A DNA stretch of 64,000 bases from Octopus bimaculoides (Eukaryota): contig NC_068983.1 of assembly GCF_001194135.2 (NCBI RefSeq), forward strand, positions 136,769,142 through 136,833,141. Reading direction: 5' to 3'. Numbering within the stretch: the first letter of the stretch is position 1; each line of letters opens with the position of its first letter. The notes under the pieces are model-generated. The model made no database searches. It was given only the letters and a program-made list of their open reading frames with translations, and had not been told where the DNA came from. Shown here in pieces: positions 38,951 through 53,070 of this stretch. The position numbers and the translations under genes are program-made.

Positions 38951-40471
38951 AAATATTCCAATTGCAGCAATATGCTAACGTCTAAATTTTAAAAACCTAT
39001 ACCATTTTGCAAATAGTCAATTTGATGTCATGAATTAGTAACAATTTTGATTAATTCAAGTAAATAATCGATTGATGTAATAAACTGTATGTGGGAGGAG
39101 GGCCTTTTCAACAAAATAACTACATGTGATGGATCATGTTCTGGATTTTAAATGTCTGAGCAACTGCTTGAGAAAACCAACCTAGGATAGATTAGCATTC
39201 TATTCAGATTGTAGTAATATGCCTTCCATCTTCTTAGAACAGTTTAAAATCATGATAAACTCCAATTCTATGAACCCTGAAATGGGCTGGGTTTATAATA
39301 TTTAAATTTTTTTGTCACTGAAACTTGACTGTTTCATTCTTTTTCACTAGTGAACATATGTATTGTTAAAGTTATTTGTGATGTGTGTATGCCATTTTCC
39401 ATGATAGAATGGCACTGGTCAATATGGACACTTAAATGCTATGCTTCATTTAAATTATGTGCTGTTATAACAGGAATCACTTCTACAACTCACTATTTCC
39501 TCCAATTTTACTCAACTTGGACTGCTATTCCTTGTTAGAGGTATAGGTCTACACTACTCTCATTTTTATAACCTCTCTCTTCAACTCCCTTCTCTGTAAT
39601 CTTTGATTTCCTTGCCCCCCCTCTCTCTCTCCAATGATATTATAAAGGAATACCGTCTTTTTAAATAAGTCAATTATCATATACATTGTTATGAAATATC
39701 AATTTGTAAATTATTTTAGTCTGTACACTCTTAAGTTTGGTTTAATCTATACAGACTAAAAGAACCTACGAGTGTATAGATTACCAATTTAAGAAATATG
39801 AGTTCAGTTGAAAGTTAAATCAGATCATGAATATAGCTTCAGTTCAGAAGAGTAGTCTCCTAAGTCATAAGTCTTTATACCATTAGGTTACCAGTCAGGT
39901 ACTTCACTCTGACCTGTAAATCTTCAGGTCTCCTACCCTTGTTGCATGTATTAATTAATAATAGTAGATGTCAGCATCTATATTTACATAGAGCTGTTTC
40001 AGTGTACTATAATGCATGTGTTAGTTATAGCTATTGTATAGTAGTATGTTAGCACATAGTAGTTAAATCAGAAGTTGTTACTTATCATTATTTTTGTCTA
40101 AATGTCATCATTATCTGCTACTACTATTACAACAACAAAATTATTGAAGACTGATATATGTAAGTATTCATATGTATAGCTATATAGCTTGATCTTATAT
40201 AGATCTCTGCCATATATAGTTGTATGGGTTTTTTCTTACAAAAGCATGTTGAAGAGTAAAGACTTTCAAACAAATGCATGTCCTTTGGTTTGGGTTTTTA
40301 TGTGTTTAGGCTTTAGCAGATGAGTATTTCTTTAGCCATTTATCATTATTGATAAAATATAAAAGATTTTGTAGGTGCCAATAAATCTGATTGCCATAAC
40401 TCTGACATTTCTGACAGAGGTCAACTGAAAGATTTGTATCCAAAAAGTTACTTTTTATTTGAGCCTCTCTT

Positions 40472-40514
<43 letters not shown>

Positions 40515-41364
40515 TAGTTTTTCTTCTGATATGGACACAGGACCATTCAGGGAATTGTGTCCATATCCCTAAAATGTCAGACTTATTTATTTTGCATGGC
40601 TACCAAACTTATTGACATCTATAAACCCTTTTGAATTTTATTACTATTCTGGCCATCTTAGACCTTCATCGGTTTCTTAGATTCCAGCTTTTACCATCAT
40701 CTTTAGTTTATGTTTAGTCAAGTCATTCCTTTATTTCAGCACTTACAACAACAACCATAGTTATGTGAGAGCTGCTGAGTAGCAAGCATCTCTATTAAGG
40801 CTGCAGCCTTTCTTCTCAATTCTCTCTCAGTGTGTGTGTGTGTGTCCTGAGTGTCTGACAAAATACATTTTGTTTTACCTGGAGGCACATCAGGGACTAA
40901 ATTATAAGGTGAAAACAGAAACATGCAGAAATTTAGACAAAAGGGCAGAAAGATAAGTTATGTTAGTTGGTACAAGATGTTGGGTATATAGGGAGGGTAT
41001 GTGGAAGTGTCATGGTTGTGCTGCTGCTGATGATGTAATGGTATTGTGTTGGTACTGGATATGTTAATGGTGGTGATGATGGTGTCAATAATGCAGAAGA
41101 TAATAAAAAAAGGCAGTGATGGTGTTAAGGTGGTTGGTAGTGGATGATGAAGAGGGATTGATATGAAGTAATGATGATAATGATGGTGGTAGAAGTAGGA
41201 GTGGTGATCAATGCTTAAACAAAGTTGGATGATGATCATAAAGTAAAGAGTGGTGGTTGTGGTGCTAATTCAAGATGGTGGTGAAGAAAATGGTAGATGT
41301 AGATCCAATAGCGATGGTGTTAAGTGTGGTGAATGTAGACAGTGGTCATATAGGTGATTGTAGG

Positions 41365-41580
41365 AAGGTGGCAAACTGGCAGAATTGTTTGCATACTGAG
41401 CAAAGTGCTTAACAGCACTTCATCTGTCTTTATGTTCTGGGTTCAAATTCTTCCCAGGTTGACTTTGCCTTTTCACCCTTTCAGGGTCAATAAAATAAGT
41501 ATCAGTTGAGCACTGAGGCTGATGTAATTAACTTACCGCCTGTACCAAAATTGCTAGCCTTGTGCCAAAATTTGAAACCA
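41365..41580 (+). mobile_element. tRNA-derived SINE, second family (core gactttgcc...gggtcaataaaataagtatcag). Decayed copies at about 1-140, 800-930 (-), 6960-7060 (-), 55300-55450
   Basis: A box tggcagaattg, B box ggttcaaattc, conserved central core. Confidence 0.75.
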
Positions 41581-42239
41581 ATATAAGTGATTGCGGTGTT
41601 TGAGCTAATGGAAATGATGGTGCATATGAAGTAGATGGTGATAGTGATGATGATGTCAATACTGATAGAAATGATAGTGGAAATAGGGTAGTGGTGGTGG
41701 TGATGTAAACAATGCTGGAGATAGTAATGGTAATGATGCTCCTGATGCTACATCTATGGTGATTGATGGTGAAGAGAGAAGTGGGTATGTAATGAAATGG
41801 TGGTGGTGGTGGTGGATGTGATAAGGATGATTGGAGATTGTGCCTTTTGTCACTGCCTTTGCCACTTGCAGAACCACCACTATCACCTACTTCACTATCA
41901 TAATCTACTTTGGCACAATCTCATTTCTATCTCCATCACTCTCATCCACACCACCTTCATCATTGGGTCATGAAATTCCACTTCATTACCATACCCGATT
42001 GTACCTTCTTCATTCTCTATAATCATAGACACTTCATCAGCACCATCAGTACTTTAACTATCTCCAACATCATTTTTCTAATGCCATCACCAGAACATAC
42101 AATGAAACCAACATTCCAACATACAGCAACACAAAGATGGAAGCAAAGAAACTAACCACTCTCCTAAAAATAGATTATGTGGACCATCATGTATGGACTT
42201 TCCATATATTACTTTTTTAAGGACCACAAATACAATTTT

Positions 42240-43340
42240 CTATCTAATCCTAAATACAGGCTAATTAACCCTTCTGAGAGTGAGATAGGCATTGTCAGTA
42301 TACTCTTGATGTTATCAATTTTGATACCAGAAGGACAACTGGATTGATATAGCAGGAATACTGTGCTGCTGTCATCAACTTGTGCTGTGGTATTGTAGTT
42401 CAGCTTGTAGGTTCACTTTGTCAAGATATTTATTCTGAATACTTCAGAAAATAATGTACTCTCACAGCTTAACCCTATACAATGGCCTGGCAATCGCAAG
42501 TAATGTGAGCAGCCACACTCTGAAGGAATTCAGGAAGAATTTTATAAGCATCTCCAAAAAGCTCAACCTGAGATAACTGTTACTGCCAATTTAACTAAAT
42601 ATTATCCTAGACTTCAAGATAGGTACTATCCCTGCAGAAAACATGTTTATAGATTTTCTGTAGGGATAGTATTTGTCTATCCTGAAGTCTAAGTTTACAT
42701 GCTGAGGAACTCCAACCCCACCAGCTCTAATAAGAAACTTAGTCACAGGTATCGATAGAAAAATCTTCAATTTTTCAGCATACCCTATTATAATGAGACA
42801 TAAGCAAAGAGTGGGCTCACTGATAATTTAGAGTATATTAAGGATGTCCCACTGCAGAAACTAAAGATAGTTAGAAAGAGAAGTCTAATCTGGCTCAATT
42901 CTCTATTCAACCTAGATGTAACAACTAATATAGCTAAAAGCTTCCAGTTCCTAATTAGACAGTATTTCTCAAATATCCATAAGTTTTATAATGTCTTTAT
43001 TGCCCATAACATTAAGATTAGCTATTCATACTAAGATAATATTACTTCTAATTTTTCACACTACAACAGAAACAAACATAGACCTACCAAGACTCCACCC
43101 CATACTCCAGCTTATAACTGCCAATATCATACTAACAATTCACTAGAATAATTTTTAACTTTCAAAGTTGTGGTATACAGAGCTACCCTCACATCATCCA
43201 ATGGCATCACAAGACACTACATAGACCTAACAGTCAATGATGTGAAGCAAGATTTACACAATATATGCACCCCTTCAGGTGCAAGGAGAGAGAAAACTCC
43301 ACTCTCTTGTCCAGCTTCATCTGGAGACTCTTGGACCCAA
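42240..43340 (+). mobile_element. Penelope-like element, decayed RT C-terminus plus GIY-YIG endonuclease
   Basis: DGLAIAS; LIWLNSLF..TTNIAKSF..NIKISYS; VVYRATLT...RHYIDLT (GIY-YIG); NSTLLSSFIWRL. Confidence 0.8.
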
Positions 43341-44149
43341 CATTACATGGAGCATCCTTCTTACCAACCCCCTCCTTACTGACCTAGCGTTGTATTTTTC
43401 AATTTTGCCTCTGTATTGTTGTCACTAAAGATATACCTTGTTAATAAACTTCTAACCATTAGTCACTGGTATCCTGGAAAGACCACCTTAACCTTAGCTG
43501 GCCCATCTACAGTATCAGGATAAACAATCCCTACTTAATCATACAAAGACTATTACACTTCTACATAGCATCATCATGGCCTACCAGTAACTAACTTCAG
43601 ATCCATGCATGACACACCATTAGATACCTAACCTGACACCATAGAACACAAGTTCAATTCCTATTTGGAGGAATGGAAACTGTATTGTGAAATCCTTCTG
43701 ATTATAAACAACCAGACACCACTAAACTATCTCTCCAACCACATGGGAACATAAATAAAATTACTTGTTATTGTTTTTTAATCTATTAATGTGACTTGAA
43801 CTGACCAATTGAGGCCATAACAAACATCCTCTGTTGGAAACCTTGCTTTTGATCACATACTTCTAATTATGTAGACCAGTCATGGACAAACTGCAGGCTG
43901 CATGCAGCTCATGGGACTTTCTGAATGACACACCAACAAAAGATAACTTTGATTTTTTTTTTTTGCATGTGTGTCCTGCTTGATGACAAGCCATGTCTCA
44001 TGCATCCCACTAATCAAAAAAGGTTGCCCATACCTGATGTAGACACTTATCTGCTCATACAAAAATTTCAGTAACGTGGGGTTGAGTCAACCTGTTAATA
44101 AATACTTTTCATTGCCACGACATCTGTTGAGATTCATTTGTTTGCTCAT

Positions 44150-44440
44150 TTACCTTGAATTTGGTAGACAGAAACTGAAGGAAGCACATTGTAAATTTAT
44201 ATGCATATATCTGTATGTCTTTGTGTTTATGTTTGTCCCCCACCACCACTTGACAACTGATGTTGGTTTGTTTTTCATGCCTATAACTTAGTAGTTCAGC
44301 AAAAAAGTTTGATAGAAGTACCAGACATTTTTAAATGAGTACTGGGGTCAATTTATTTGACTAAAAAAAAAAACATTCAAGGTAGTGTCCCCAGCACGAT
44401 GGCCACAGTCCAATGACTGAAACAAGTAAAACATAAAAGA
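44150..44440 (+). mobile_element. 5'-truncated SINE, same family as 60095-60470
   Basis: ttggtagacagaaactgaagg...gagtactggggtc...gactgaaacaagtaaaacataaaaga. Confidence 0.7.
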
Positions 44441-44811
44441 TGTGTGTGTGTGTGTGCTTGCATGTATACACATACATATATGTCACATGCATGCACACAT
44501 ACACACACACGCACACATACACGCGTGCATGTGCACATACACACACACACACACACACGCACACACACACAGAGTAATATCAATTAATGAATGACAAAAG
44601 GACAAGAGTTACATAATCACTTTCATGACCTTTAGAAACATTGCCCTCAAAGCTGAATGCTTGAGCAACAAACTATAGTTTCCTCAATGTGATTGAAATA
44701 AAGTGTCTGTTTGTTGCAGAAAGCATCTGAATACATAGAGTTGATTACATTCAGAACAATATGTAATATAATACAGGTTGGCGAGTGAAAAACTCCACCT
44801 GGAGACTAATA

Positions 44812-44847
<36 letters not shown>

Positions 44848-45602
44848 CATAAATATATAGGGATTGACAGTAACCTGCTTCTCCAACATACTGAGAATTC
44901 AGAAATAGCAGTCAAAGAACTACTGATTTCAAAACTACAAATTATTACTCCAGATTGATAGCGATAGTAATAATTTGTAGTTTTGNNNNNNNNNNNNNNN
45001 NNNNNNNNNNNNNNNNNNNNNNNNNNNNNNNNNNNNNNNNNNNNNNNNNNNNNNNNNNNNNNNNNNNNNNNNNNNNNNNNNNNNNNNNNNNNNNNNNNNN
45101 NNNNNNNNNNNNNNNNNNNNNNNNNNNNNNNNNNNNNNNNNNNNNNNNNNNNNNNNNNNNNNNNNNNNNNNNNNNNNNNNNNNNNNNNNNNNNNNNNNNN
45201 NNNNNNNNNNNNNNNNNNNNNNNNNNNNNNNNNNNNNNNNNNNNNNNNNNNNNNNNNNNNNNNNNNNNNNNNNNNNNNNNNNNNNNNNTATATATATATA
45301 TATATATTAACTGGAATAAATTCTTGCACATGTATACACATGTACAGAGAGATAAGAACTGACACACATATATATTCATACATGTCCTTATGTCTACACA
45401 TATCTGTAGAGATACACATACAGGTACAAAGAATAGTATATAAATATATACATGTGTGCCTGCATGCATACATACTTACAGACAGACAGCCATACATATG
45501 TATTCACACATTTGTGTGTCTATATATATAAATACGTTTATGCATTTGTTTGTGTATTATATATATATGTATATCATCCCATATATGTGAATGAGTAAGT
45601 AC

Positions 45603-45811
45603 CCTTCAGCTGGCATTCAATGTTCCACTGGATCATAGGTGGGATGTTTGAGAGACTGTCTGCTCAAAACAACATAGATGCCAAAAAACAGGTATTGAAA
45701 GTATGGTACAATCAACCCGATCATGGTTGTTTGCAAGTGAGCTATGGTTTTATATGTATATATGTTTGTGTATATATATGACCCAGTGGAACATCAATTG
45801 ATAGTTGAAGG
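45603..45811. mobile_element. MITE-like element with about 35-bp imperfect TIRs
   Basis: ccttcagctggcattcaatgttccactggatcata versus tatgacccagtggaacatcaattgatagttgaagg; no TSD seen. Confidence 0.6.
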
Positions 45812-46271
45812 ATGAGAGAACTGCATCAGCATTGAGCTGGTAGGCTGGTACTTATTCAGTCACATATATTGGATGATACACACACACAAAGGCACTGTGA
45901 AGTGCAACATATAACTAAACATCGGATTCAGTTGTGGGTTCCACACTTCTCTCTAGTGTAGTATGACAGAGCATCAACCCCAGGATAGGATAATATGCAG
46001 AAAAGAAGCTTAATAATAGAAATAATAATAATTAAGCAGAAAACAATTATGGTATTCAGTGCTTTAGGTAACAAATACACATTTCAGCAAAAATACAGTA
46101 ATAAATACATAACAGTTGCGAAAACATTATGCAATCTTGTGCTTCACCTCATCTGTGTCTCAACATTTTGCTGAAATACAAATATGATTTATGAAGCATT
46201 GAATACCATACCTGTTTTCTACTTAATCGATTATTTTTATGATTATTACAATCATGGAATGATGACGATGA

Positions 46272-46359
<88 letters not shown>

Positions 46360-46994
46360 CACATCAACACACACACACATATATAATGATTAAATGAAAA
46401 GATAATTAAATATTTTATCCTCTGCATATGTTTCACCACTACAATTTTTGGAGTACCGTTTCTTCAGAAGGCAAGCAAATACAAGAAATCAGAGTTTTTA
46501 CATATCAAGAAGTGCTGAAAATATAGTAAAGACACATTGTCTTATTCAAAAAGTAAGCCAAAGGTGTTGTCAGCTAGAGAGCGACTAAGATGCAAAATTT
46601 TTTTCATTTACCTTCAATACAATATCTATAGCGTCTTTGGACAAGATCATATGTTATACAGTTTTTTTCAGTACTTGCTGATATATAAATACTCACTGAT
46701 TATTTTGCATTTATTTCTATGAAGAAAATAATGTACTCCCCAAATTGCATTATTCAAACATAAGTAAAGAATGAAATATTTGATTAATCATTCTTATTCT
46801 TCACTTCTTATTTAATTTATTTAAGCATCATATGTACTGTATAAATATTAGAGCTTGTACATCTGTACCTTATGATAATCTGAAGTAAAATAAATATATT
46901 TTCCAGTTGTATGTCTTTCAGTGAAATGGTGCATATAAATTGCTAAATGTTATATGTAAAGGTTATATATTGTGCCCTGTTGGATTACAGTTAT

Positions 46995-47028
<34 letters not shown>

Positions 47029-47038
47029 NNNNNNNNNN

Positions 47039-48420
47039 AACCTAAAAGAAAATTCATAATCCATAAAATCTATAAAATATTAGATTAAAAATTTAATGTA
47101 ATTTTTTATTATCTGAATACATATAGTCTAAGCGCGATTTACATAGGCTCAACCTCTAACCAAATCAAATCACGAGTGGCTCAACATATGCATTCTTTTA
47201 AGAATAGAAACTTAATTAATTCCACTGGCCTTAGTAAATACATATGGGACCTGAAATTGAAAGGAATTAAATACAATTTAAAATGTGAAATAGTTTGCAA
47301 GGCAAACTCTTATCGAATAGGCAGTAAATTCTGCTCTTTATGCACTAATGAGTTTAAGGAGATACTATTTACTAATAATAAAAAATTGATAAATTCCCAA
47401 GATGAACGCAAAATTAATTGTAGACATAAACTTAACTTTTTATATAATAAGTTTAGATAATGTTCATACAAACCTTATTTTAAAATATTTGCTTTAGTAA
47501 TGACTTTGTAGAAGGGAATAAAGTTTAGTTAGTTGCGAAGGTTTTGTGATTAATACATAGTTCGAATAAAAGGTTTATATAAACCTTATTTTATAATACT
47601 TGCTATAGTAATGACTTCATAGAAGAGAATAAAGTTTAGTTAGTGTGTAGGTTTTGTGAAAAATACATAGTTTGAATAAAAATAAACAAACTACTCAGAG
47701 ACGCATAATTTCACCGAAATATTACTATTACAATAAGAAATCTTTGATAAGATAAGTGATGCTGTTCTTTTTATTAATACTGTTGAACGTCCGAATTCAT
47801 TTAATAGTTAACACTATCTTTTTATATGTTTTCCTATTCTTAATCCACAGAAAGTATTTCTTCATTAGACGAATTATGCCTTTAACTTGACAGATGATTA
47901 TTATTATAAAACCTTGACATTTTATGTATTGTACTAATAATTGCTTTCCTAAACATACAGATATTTTTACTTTTTCCTATTTTATTTGTATTTTTAAATA
48001 TTAGGATACGTTTTTTGAATTTACAGACCTGAAGAGTGTCCTCATTCTGAGTGGAACCTATCTTGATCGATTTATTGTAAATTGCACAGATCTTTTCCAC
48101 TATTATATGGCCACGAAATGCGTGTAGTCTATTATTCACTTTTGTTTTTATAAATTTACTAAACTGAACTAAATTTTTAATCTAATATTTTATAGATTTT
48201 ATGGATTATAAATTTTCTTTTAGATTTTATAGTGTTTTAAATCAGTATTTTGAAGAGTACGTTTTTCTTGATGGTGTCTGATCTCCTTCATTGTTTGAAC
48301 TTCATCTTGGTGGTTCTTCTCTAAATTATTAATATATCTTTCATTATAAAATTCAATTTGATGTTATTAAATTGAATATCCTTGTAAGTTCGGATTTTGA
48401 CATTTCCTAATATAATATAT
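47039..48420. mobile_element. Very AT-rich Penelope-like element; two partial copies in inverted orientation on a gap-bounded contig
   Basis: + strand AIYIGSTSNQIKSR...STGLSKYIWDLK...CSLC...CRHK (YIG half and C-terminus); - strand NNRLH..NKSIKIGS..KCQ..II.CQV (upstream/GIY half); 56-bp inverted repeat. Confidence 0.8.
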
Positions 48421-48695
48421 NNNNNNNNNNNNNNNNNNNNNNNNNNNNNNNNNNNNNNNNNNNNNNNNNNNNNNNNNNNNNNNNNNNNNNNNNNNNNNNN
48501 NNNNNNNNNNNNNNNNNNNNNNNNNNNNNNNNNNNNNNNNNNNNNNNNNNNNNNNNNNNNNNNNNNNNNNNNNNNNNNNNNNNNNNNNNNNNNNNNNNNN
48601 NNNNNNNNNNNNNNNNNNNNNNNNNNNNNNNNNNNNNNNNNNNNNNNNNNNNNNNNNNNNNNNNNNNNNNNNNNNNNNNNNNNNNNNATAAATAA

Positions 48696-48728
<33 letters not shown>

Positions 48729-48739
48729 TATATAAATAA

Positions 48740-48772
<33 letters not shown>

Positions 48773-48861
48773 TACATACGTATATCTATATTCATGTGTG
48801 TATATATATGTGTGTGTGTATACATACATATATGTGTATGTATATAATACATACATATGTA

Positions 48862-48892
<31 letters not shown>

Positions 48893-49154
48893 GTATACAC
48901 GCACATACACACATGTGTGCAATGTAAACATATGCGTATGCATATGTAAAATCACATTACCTACATATGTTTATACAACCTCTGTACTTTCATTTTGTAT
49001 GTACTTCCTTCAAAATATATGGTTATATGTATTATAATTTCATTCACTCACATATATGCAACCACATATGCATTAATGAAGCTTTCTTTTATTAATTTTT
49101 CTTTTTCTTTTTTCCGTTTCCCCTACCTTTTCATGTCCTTTGCAAAATCTAAAG

Positions 49155-49324
49155 ATGACGAACACCTTCGCAGACATCCTAGGTCTGGTGATTACCCTGA
49201 AGGAACTGACAGTGCTATCCCATACCGTGCCTACGAGCGTGGTCCATTAGTGATTCCCACACATGTTCTCAGTAGATCAAAGTATGGTTTTGAACGTGGC
49301 AGTGCTGAGAGTTTGGTTGAAAAA
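49155..49324 (+). CDS. Cav1: Cav1 exon ((D)DEHLRRHPRSGDY...FERGSAESLVEK)
   Basis: GSAESLVEK matches vertebrate SASSLVEA at the start of the distal C-terminus. Phase-1 entry fits 28494; donor GTAAGT at 49325. Confidence 0.92.
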
Positions 49325-49523
49325 GTAAGTATTACAATGATATGTCAGTATTCCATATTGTTTTCTTTCTACAATTAATATTAAAATCAGTTTTACTTTT
49401 CTAAGCTGAAGTGTTTTCCTTTGAATTTAATTTTGAGACATTAAGCTGATGCTACACTCTTTAACCCTTTAGCATTCAGATTACATTGTCTCTACCCCTC
49501 CCTCTTTCACCATTTTCTATTTG

Positions 49524-49579
<56 letters not shown>

Positions 49580-50484
49580 CCTCTTTCTCTTTTTCTCTCT
49601 CTCTCTCGTGAGAGGTTAGACATGGCTGGTTTGAACATAAAACATGTAAATTATTTAGGCCAGATACAGCTGGTTTAAATTAATAAAGGGTTAAACTGCA
49701 GTATTTACTCTTTGAATCAGTAACTCCCAAACATATCTGTTGATCAACTCTGTTTCACTGTCTCATATTTGAAAATGATCCTTTGTATTTTGCCTGATGT
49801 GCTAACTATTCTGCCAGTTCACTGCCTTTCCATACCCACAATATAATGAAATACTGTTTGTGTTAATCCATCATTTCTAAGTCTTAGCAGCTTTAGCTCA
49901 TGCAGAGAGATTTTATATATGTTTTTAAAAACAATAATCAAATTTATCTTCCCTTGTTCAAATATTATCTTGCTTCAATGCGTGTCATTGCAAATTTTGA
50001 TGGCTGTTGACATATTATATCTTTAATATATTAATTGGATGAAAAGAAACAATGCTCGTGATCTTTACAGCTTGCTAAAACTGATGTAATTGATGTTCAG
50101 CTTGTTGTTTGGAAGGACAGCAAGTAAGCCATTGTATAAACAGATAGAAGAGTGTGGGGAAATATAAGTGAAACTTGTGGCACAGTAGAATTGTTGGAAT
50201 GTGGAAAGGGCTTCATCAGCACATTCTGCAATGTGATGGTCTGGCAGGAAGATTCCAATCCAAATGGTCTGTTATGTTTGCTGTGACATTTATTGACATT
50301 ATCAAACATCATCGTCATTGCCATCATTTAACGTCTGCTTTCCATGCTGGCATGGGTTGGATGGTTTGCCTGAGGATTGGTGAGCCAGAAGGCTGCACCA
50401 AGCTCAATCTGATCTGGCAAAGTTTCTACAGCTGGACACATCTTTTACTTCCCTTATTTTAGTTTCATTTATTTTCTTTTTCAG

Positions 50485-50796
50485 GTACTTGAAGAAGAAG
50501 GTCTCCGGAAATACGTAGACGTAAAGTATTTACAACAAGAAATCAAAGAAGCTGGTGGTGGTATGTCACAAGAAGAACTTGATCGTGCAGCACATGACCT
50601 CATCCGATCATCAGTCCATGGTGGTATTCACCCATCTTATATTGACCAGCGTTTAGGTGGCTACAAAGGCCACGAAATGAAAGATTTAAATCAATTTTCA
50701 AGAAGTGCCACTCCTACTCACCGGTTACGAAGGCAACCCCATTTGCCTCATCCAGAATTTATAGATGATTATCATGATTCCATGGATGACAGAATG
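50485..50796 (+). CDS. Cav1: Cav1 exon with DCRD (VLEEEGLRKYVDVKYLQQEIKEAGGGMSQEELDRAAHDLI...SMDDRM)
   Basis: Matches VLISEGL...MTIEEMESAADNIL. Acceptor ttttcag; weak donor GTAAAA at 50797. Read-through would stop at 50883. Confidence 0.9.
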
Positions 50797-52729
50797 GTAA
50801 AATATGTTTTACTTTTGAGTTACTGTTGTGTTTTTTGGAGAGCATCTAAAATATTTCAAGCATACACTTATGTAAAATGTTAACTCTGTATTGTGTATGT
50901 GTTTATACAATATCTTTAAGTATGATATATATGATAAATGTAACTTGAGGAAGATCTGGCTATTATTTCTAGAAGGAACAAACAAATGTAAAGAGACTCT
51001 GTTCTTGGCATATGTGTGTGGGTATGTTGTGTGTGTGTAAGCATGTATATTGCTGACCTTAACTATATATATACCAATTGTTGATTTCATACATAGGAAT
51101 GTGGTATCAAAATTAAAGAGTAAGGGAGATTATATGTTTTAATATTCATACTTTCTGTAGAGCCTTAACAATACACATGAAATAACCATAACTGGGAATC
51201 AAAACCTTGTTGCCAGTTTGGCTCTCTAAGTGCTTCCCTTTAACTTACAGTGTATAAGGTTAATGGTTATACCAATTATTAATATTAAAACTTCATAACA
51301 TATAAAAATAAAAGAAATTTGGTCTATGCTATTTCTATATTCTTTAATGTTAATTTTCTGGTAATTATGCACACATGATGCTTGACATCTAGAATCTCAG
51401 AAAATTTTTAATTAATACTTGTGTGTGTGTGTGTGTGTGTGTGTGTCATTTATTATACAAAAATAAAATAACCTAATATATGAAATAGAATTGTATCTAT
51501 TTGTTAACTATGATGAGGATGCATGATGTAAATAAGTAGTGAAGCTTACAGCATCAAATATACATCTATGTAAATACTTTTTAAATAGTTCAATTTCTTA
51601 TACCTCTGTCATCAATGTATTTACATCATCGTAAACAAAGGTACTTTAACTCTTTCTTCATTAATTTCCAATTAGCATAAAAGTGTCTCTTTAGAGATGG
51701 AAATATTATAAAAGTCTAAATGCGACATATTATAAAAGTCTAAATGCGACATAATCATAAGTAATCTTAAAGCATTCTTCTGAAAATCTTCCTAAAATCT
51801 TTTGGGTGACTCCCTTTCTACTGTTCTTTTTCTTAGGTACTTTATGTGTAGTTTGTAATTTTCAGCTTCTTTCCCATTCTAGTTATCCCTTTTGATACCA
51901 ACCTGCCTGAGACTGTCCCTTGTTTTATCATGCAAACTTTGTTTAAAGGGATTTAAATTTAAGCCATCCATCAAAATTTCAGGTTAATTTATGTTTAAGA
52001 CACCAGCTTAGTAATGACAAGTTTAATTTACTAAATTCTTCATTGTTTTCAAACTGAATTGAAACAATCACAGTATATTCCAATAGAAATATGATAACAA
52101 AAGGATTAAGAAATATACTGAAATTTTATCAAAGGTTATCATCTTTTTTAATGTCAGCAGTATCAGTTTTAATTTGCAAAGAATTTCTCTTTCTCTCTCT
52201 CTTTCTACATTCAGTTCACAATTGTTTCCTCAAATATTTCAAAGCCTTATTCCACCATACTCATTGTTCCAACATCACTTTACAATAGTTCTATTAAGTA
52301 TACTTGGATAAATTGCTGGTAATTCTTATGAAAGTCTCTTAATTTTCAATGGTTATAAGATAAAAATATCTTTTTATCCTTAATTGGTCATATAGTTATT
52401 AAAGTCAAGTTAGCTTGGCAAGGATCATCTCTCCCCAGACTATTGAATAATCAGAAATCAGGTATAAGGACTAAGTAAATTGAAATGGTTAAAAATGTGA
52501 TCAAACCTGCATTGCAAACTTGATTTTCTGAGAGCATAATCTGCCCACAATATTCACCTGTAAGATATTATGCTATGAAATAAAATTGTTGTTTGATCTG
52601 CATAAAAAAGCAGTCAAATCTTCCTCAAATCACACCATACTATTTTAAGATGGAAGGATATAATAAAAATGAATTTATCATGTACAGTGCTCAGGTGCAC
52701 TACAACTCATCAGAAAAAGTAGTTTAAAA

Positions 52730-53070
52730 TGCATGAACAGTACACAGAATCAAATCTCATCTGTGAATGCATGGAAAACAAACCTCCACCAACTATTCTG
52801 CCTATATGTCTGTGCATACCTTTGAATGCAGTGTATGCCAGAAGGTTTGCAAATCCAATGGAGGCCTCAAAAGACATTTTAAGATCCACAAAAAGTAGAA
52901 GTTATCTGCAGCTCTTGGTGGTCCAAATCGGATGTGCAATCTATGTGGGTGTCTTTTCAGAATATTGTCTGGTTTAAAAAGCCATATCAGATGCCATGAT
53001 GGTGCTAAGGTGTAGGTACAGGAGGTGGTCAAACTCTGCATAAGGAGTAGACAACCACCATATATATATG
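52730..53070 (+). mobile_element. LINE 3' end encoding two C2H2 zinc fingers, ending in (TA)n
   Basis: FECSVCQKVCKSNGGLKRHFKIH (52821-52889) and CNLCGCLFRILSGLKSHIRCH (52935-52997) are in one frame with a TAG between them; stop at 53013-53015; short UTR then tatata. Confidence 0.7.

Noticed and set aside
40960-42100. His/Thr-rich ORFs and complementary (GAT/GGT)n versus (CAT/CAC)n tracts
   Set aside because: Degenerate trinucleotide low-complexity DNA with no splice or homology support.
35440-43340. One Penelope element split by the Gypsy insertion
   Set aside because: The two fragments cover overlapping RT regions, so they are separate copies.
47468-47680. Hammerheads in the Penelope 3' tandem repeat (TAATGA CTTC ATA GAAG)
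   Set aside because: No GAAA directly after the stem and no helix III.
28495-49154. Additional Cav1 exons or a nested gene in the 20.7-kb intron
   Set aside because: Phases of 28494 and 49155 already match, and every coding-like stretch I found is transposon-derived. Tiny exons, or exons hidden in gaps, cannot be excluded.
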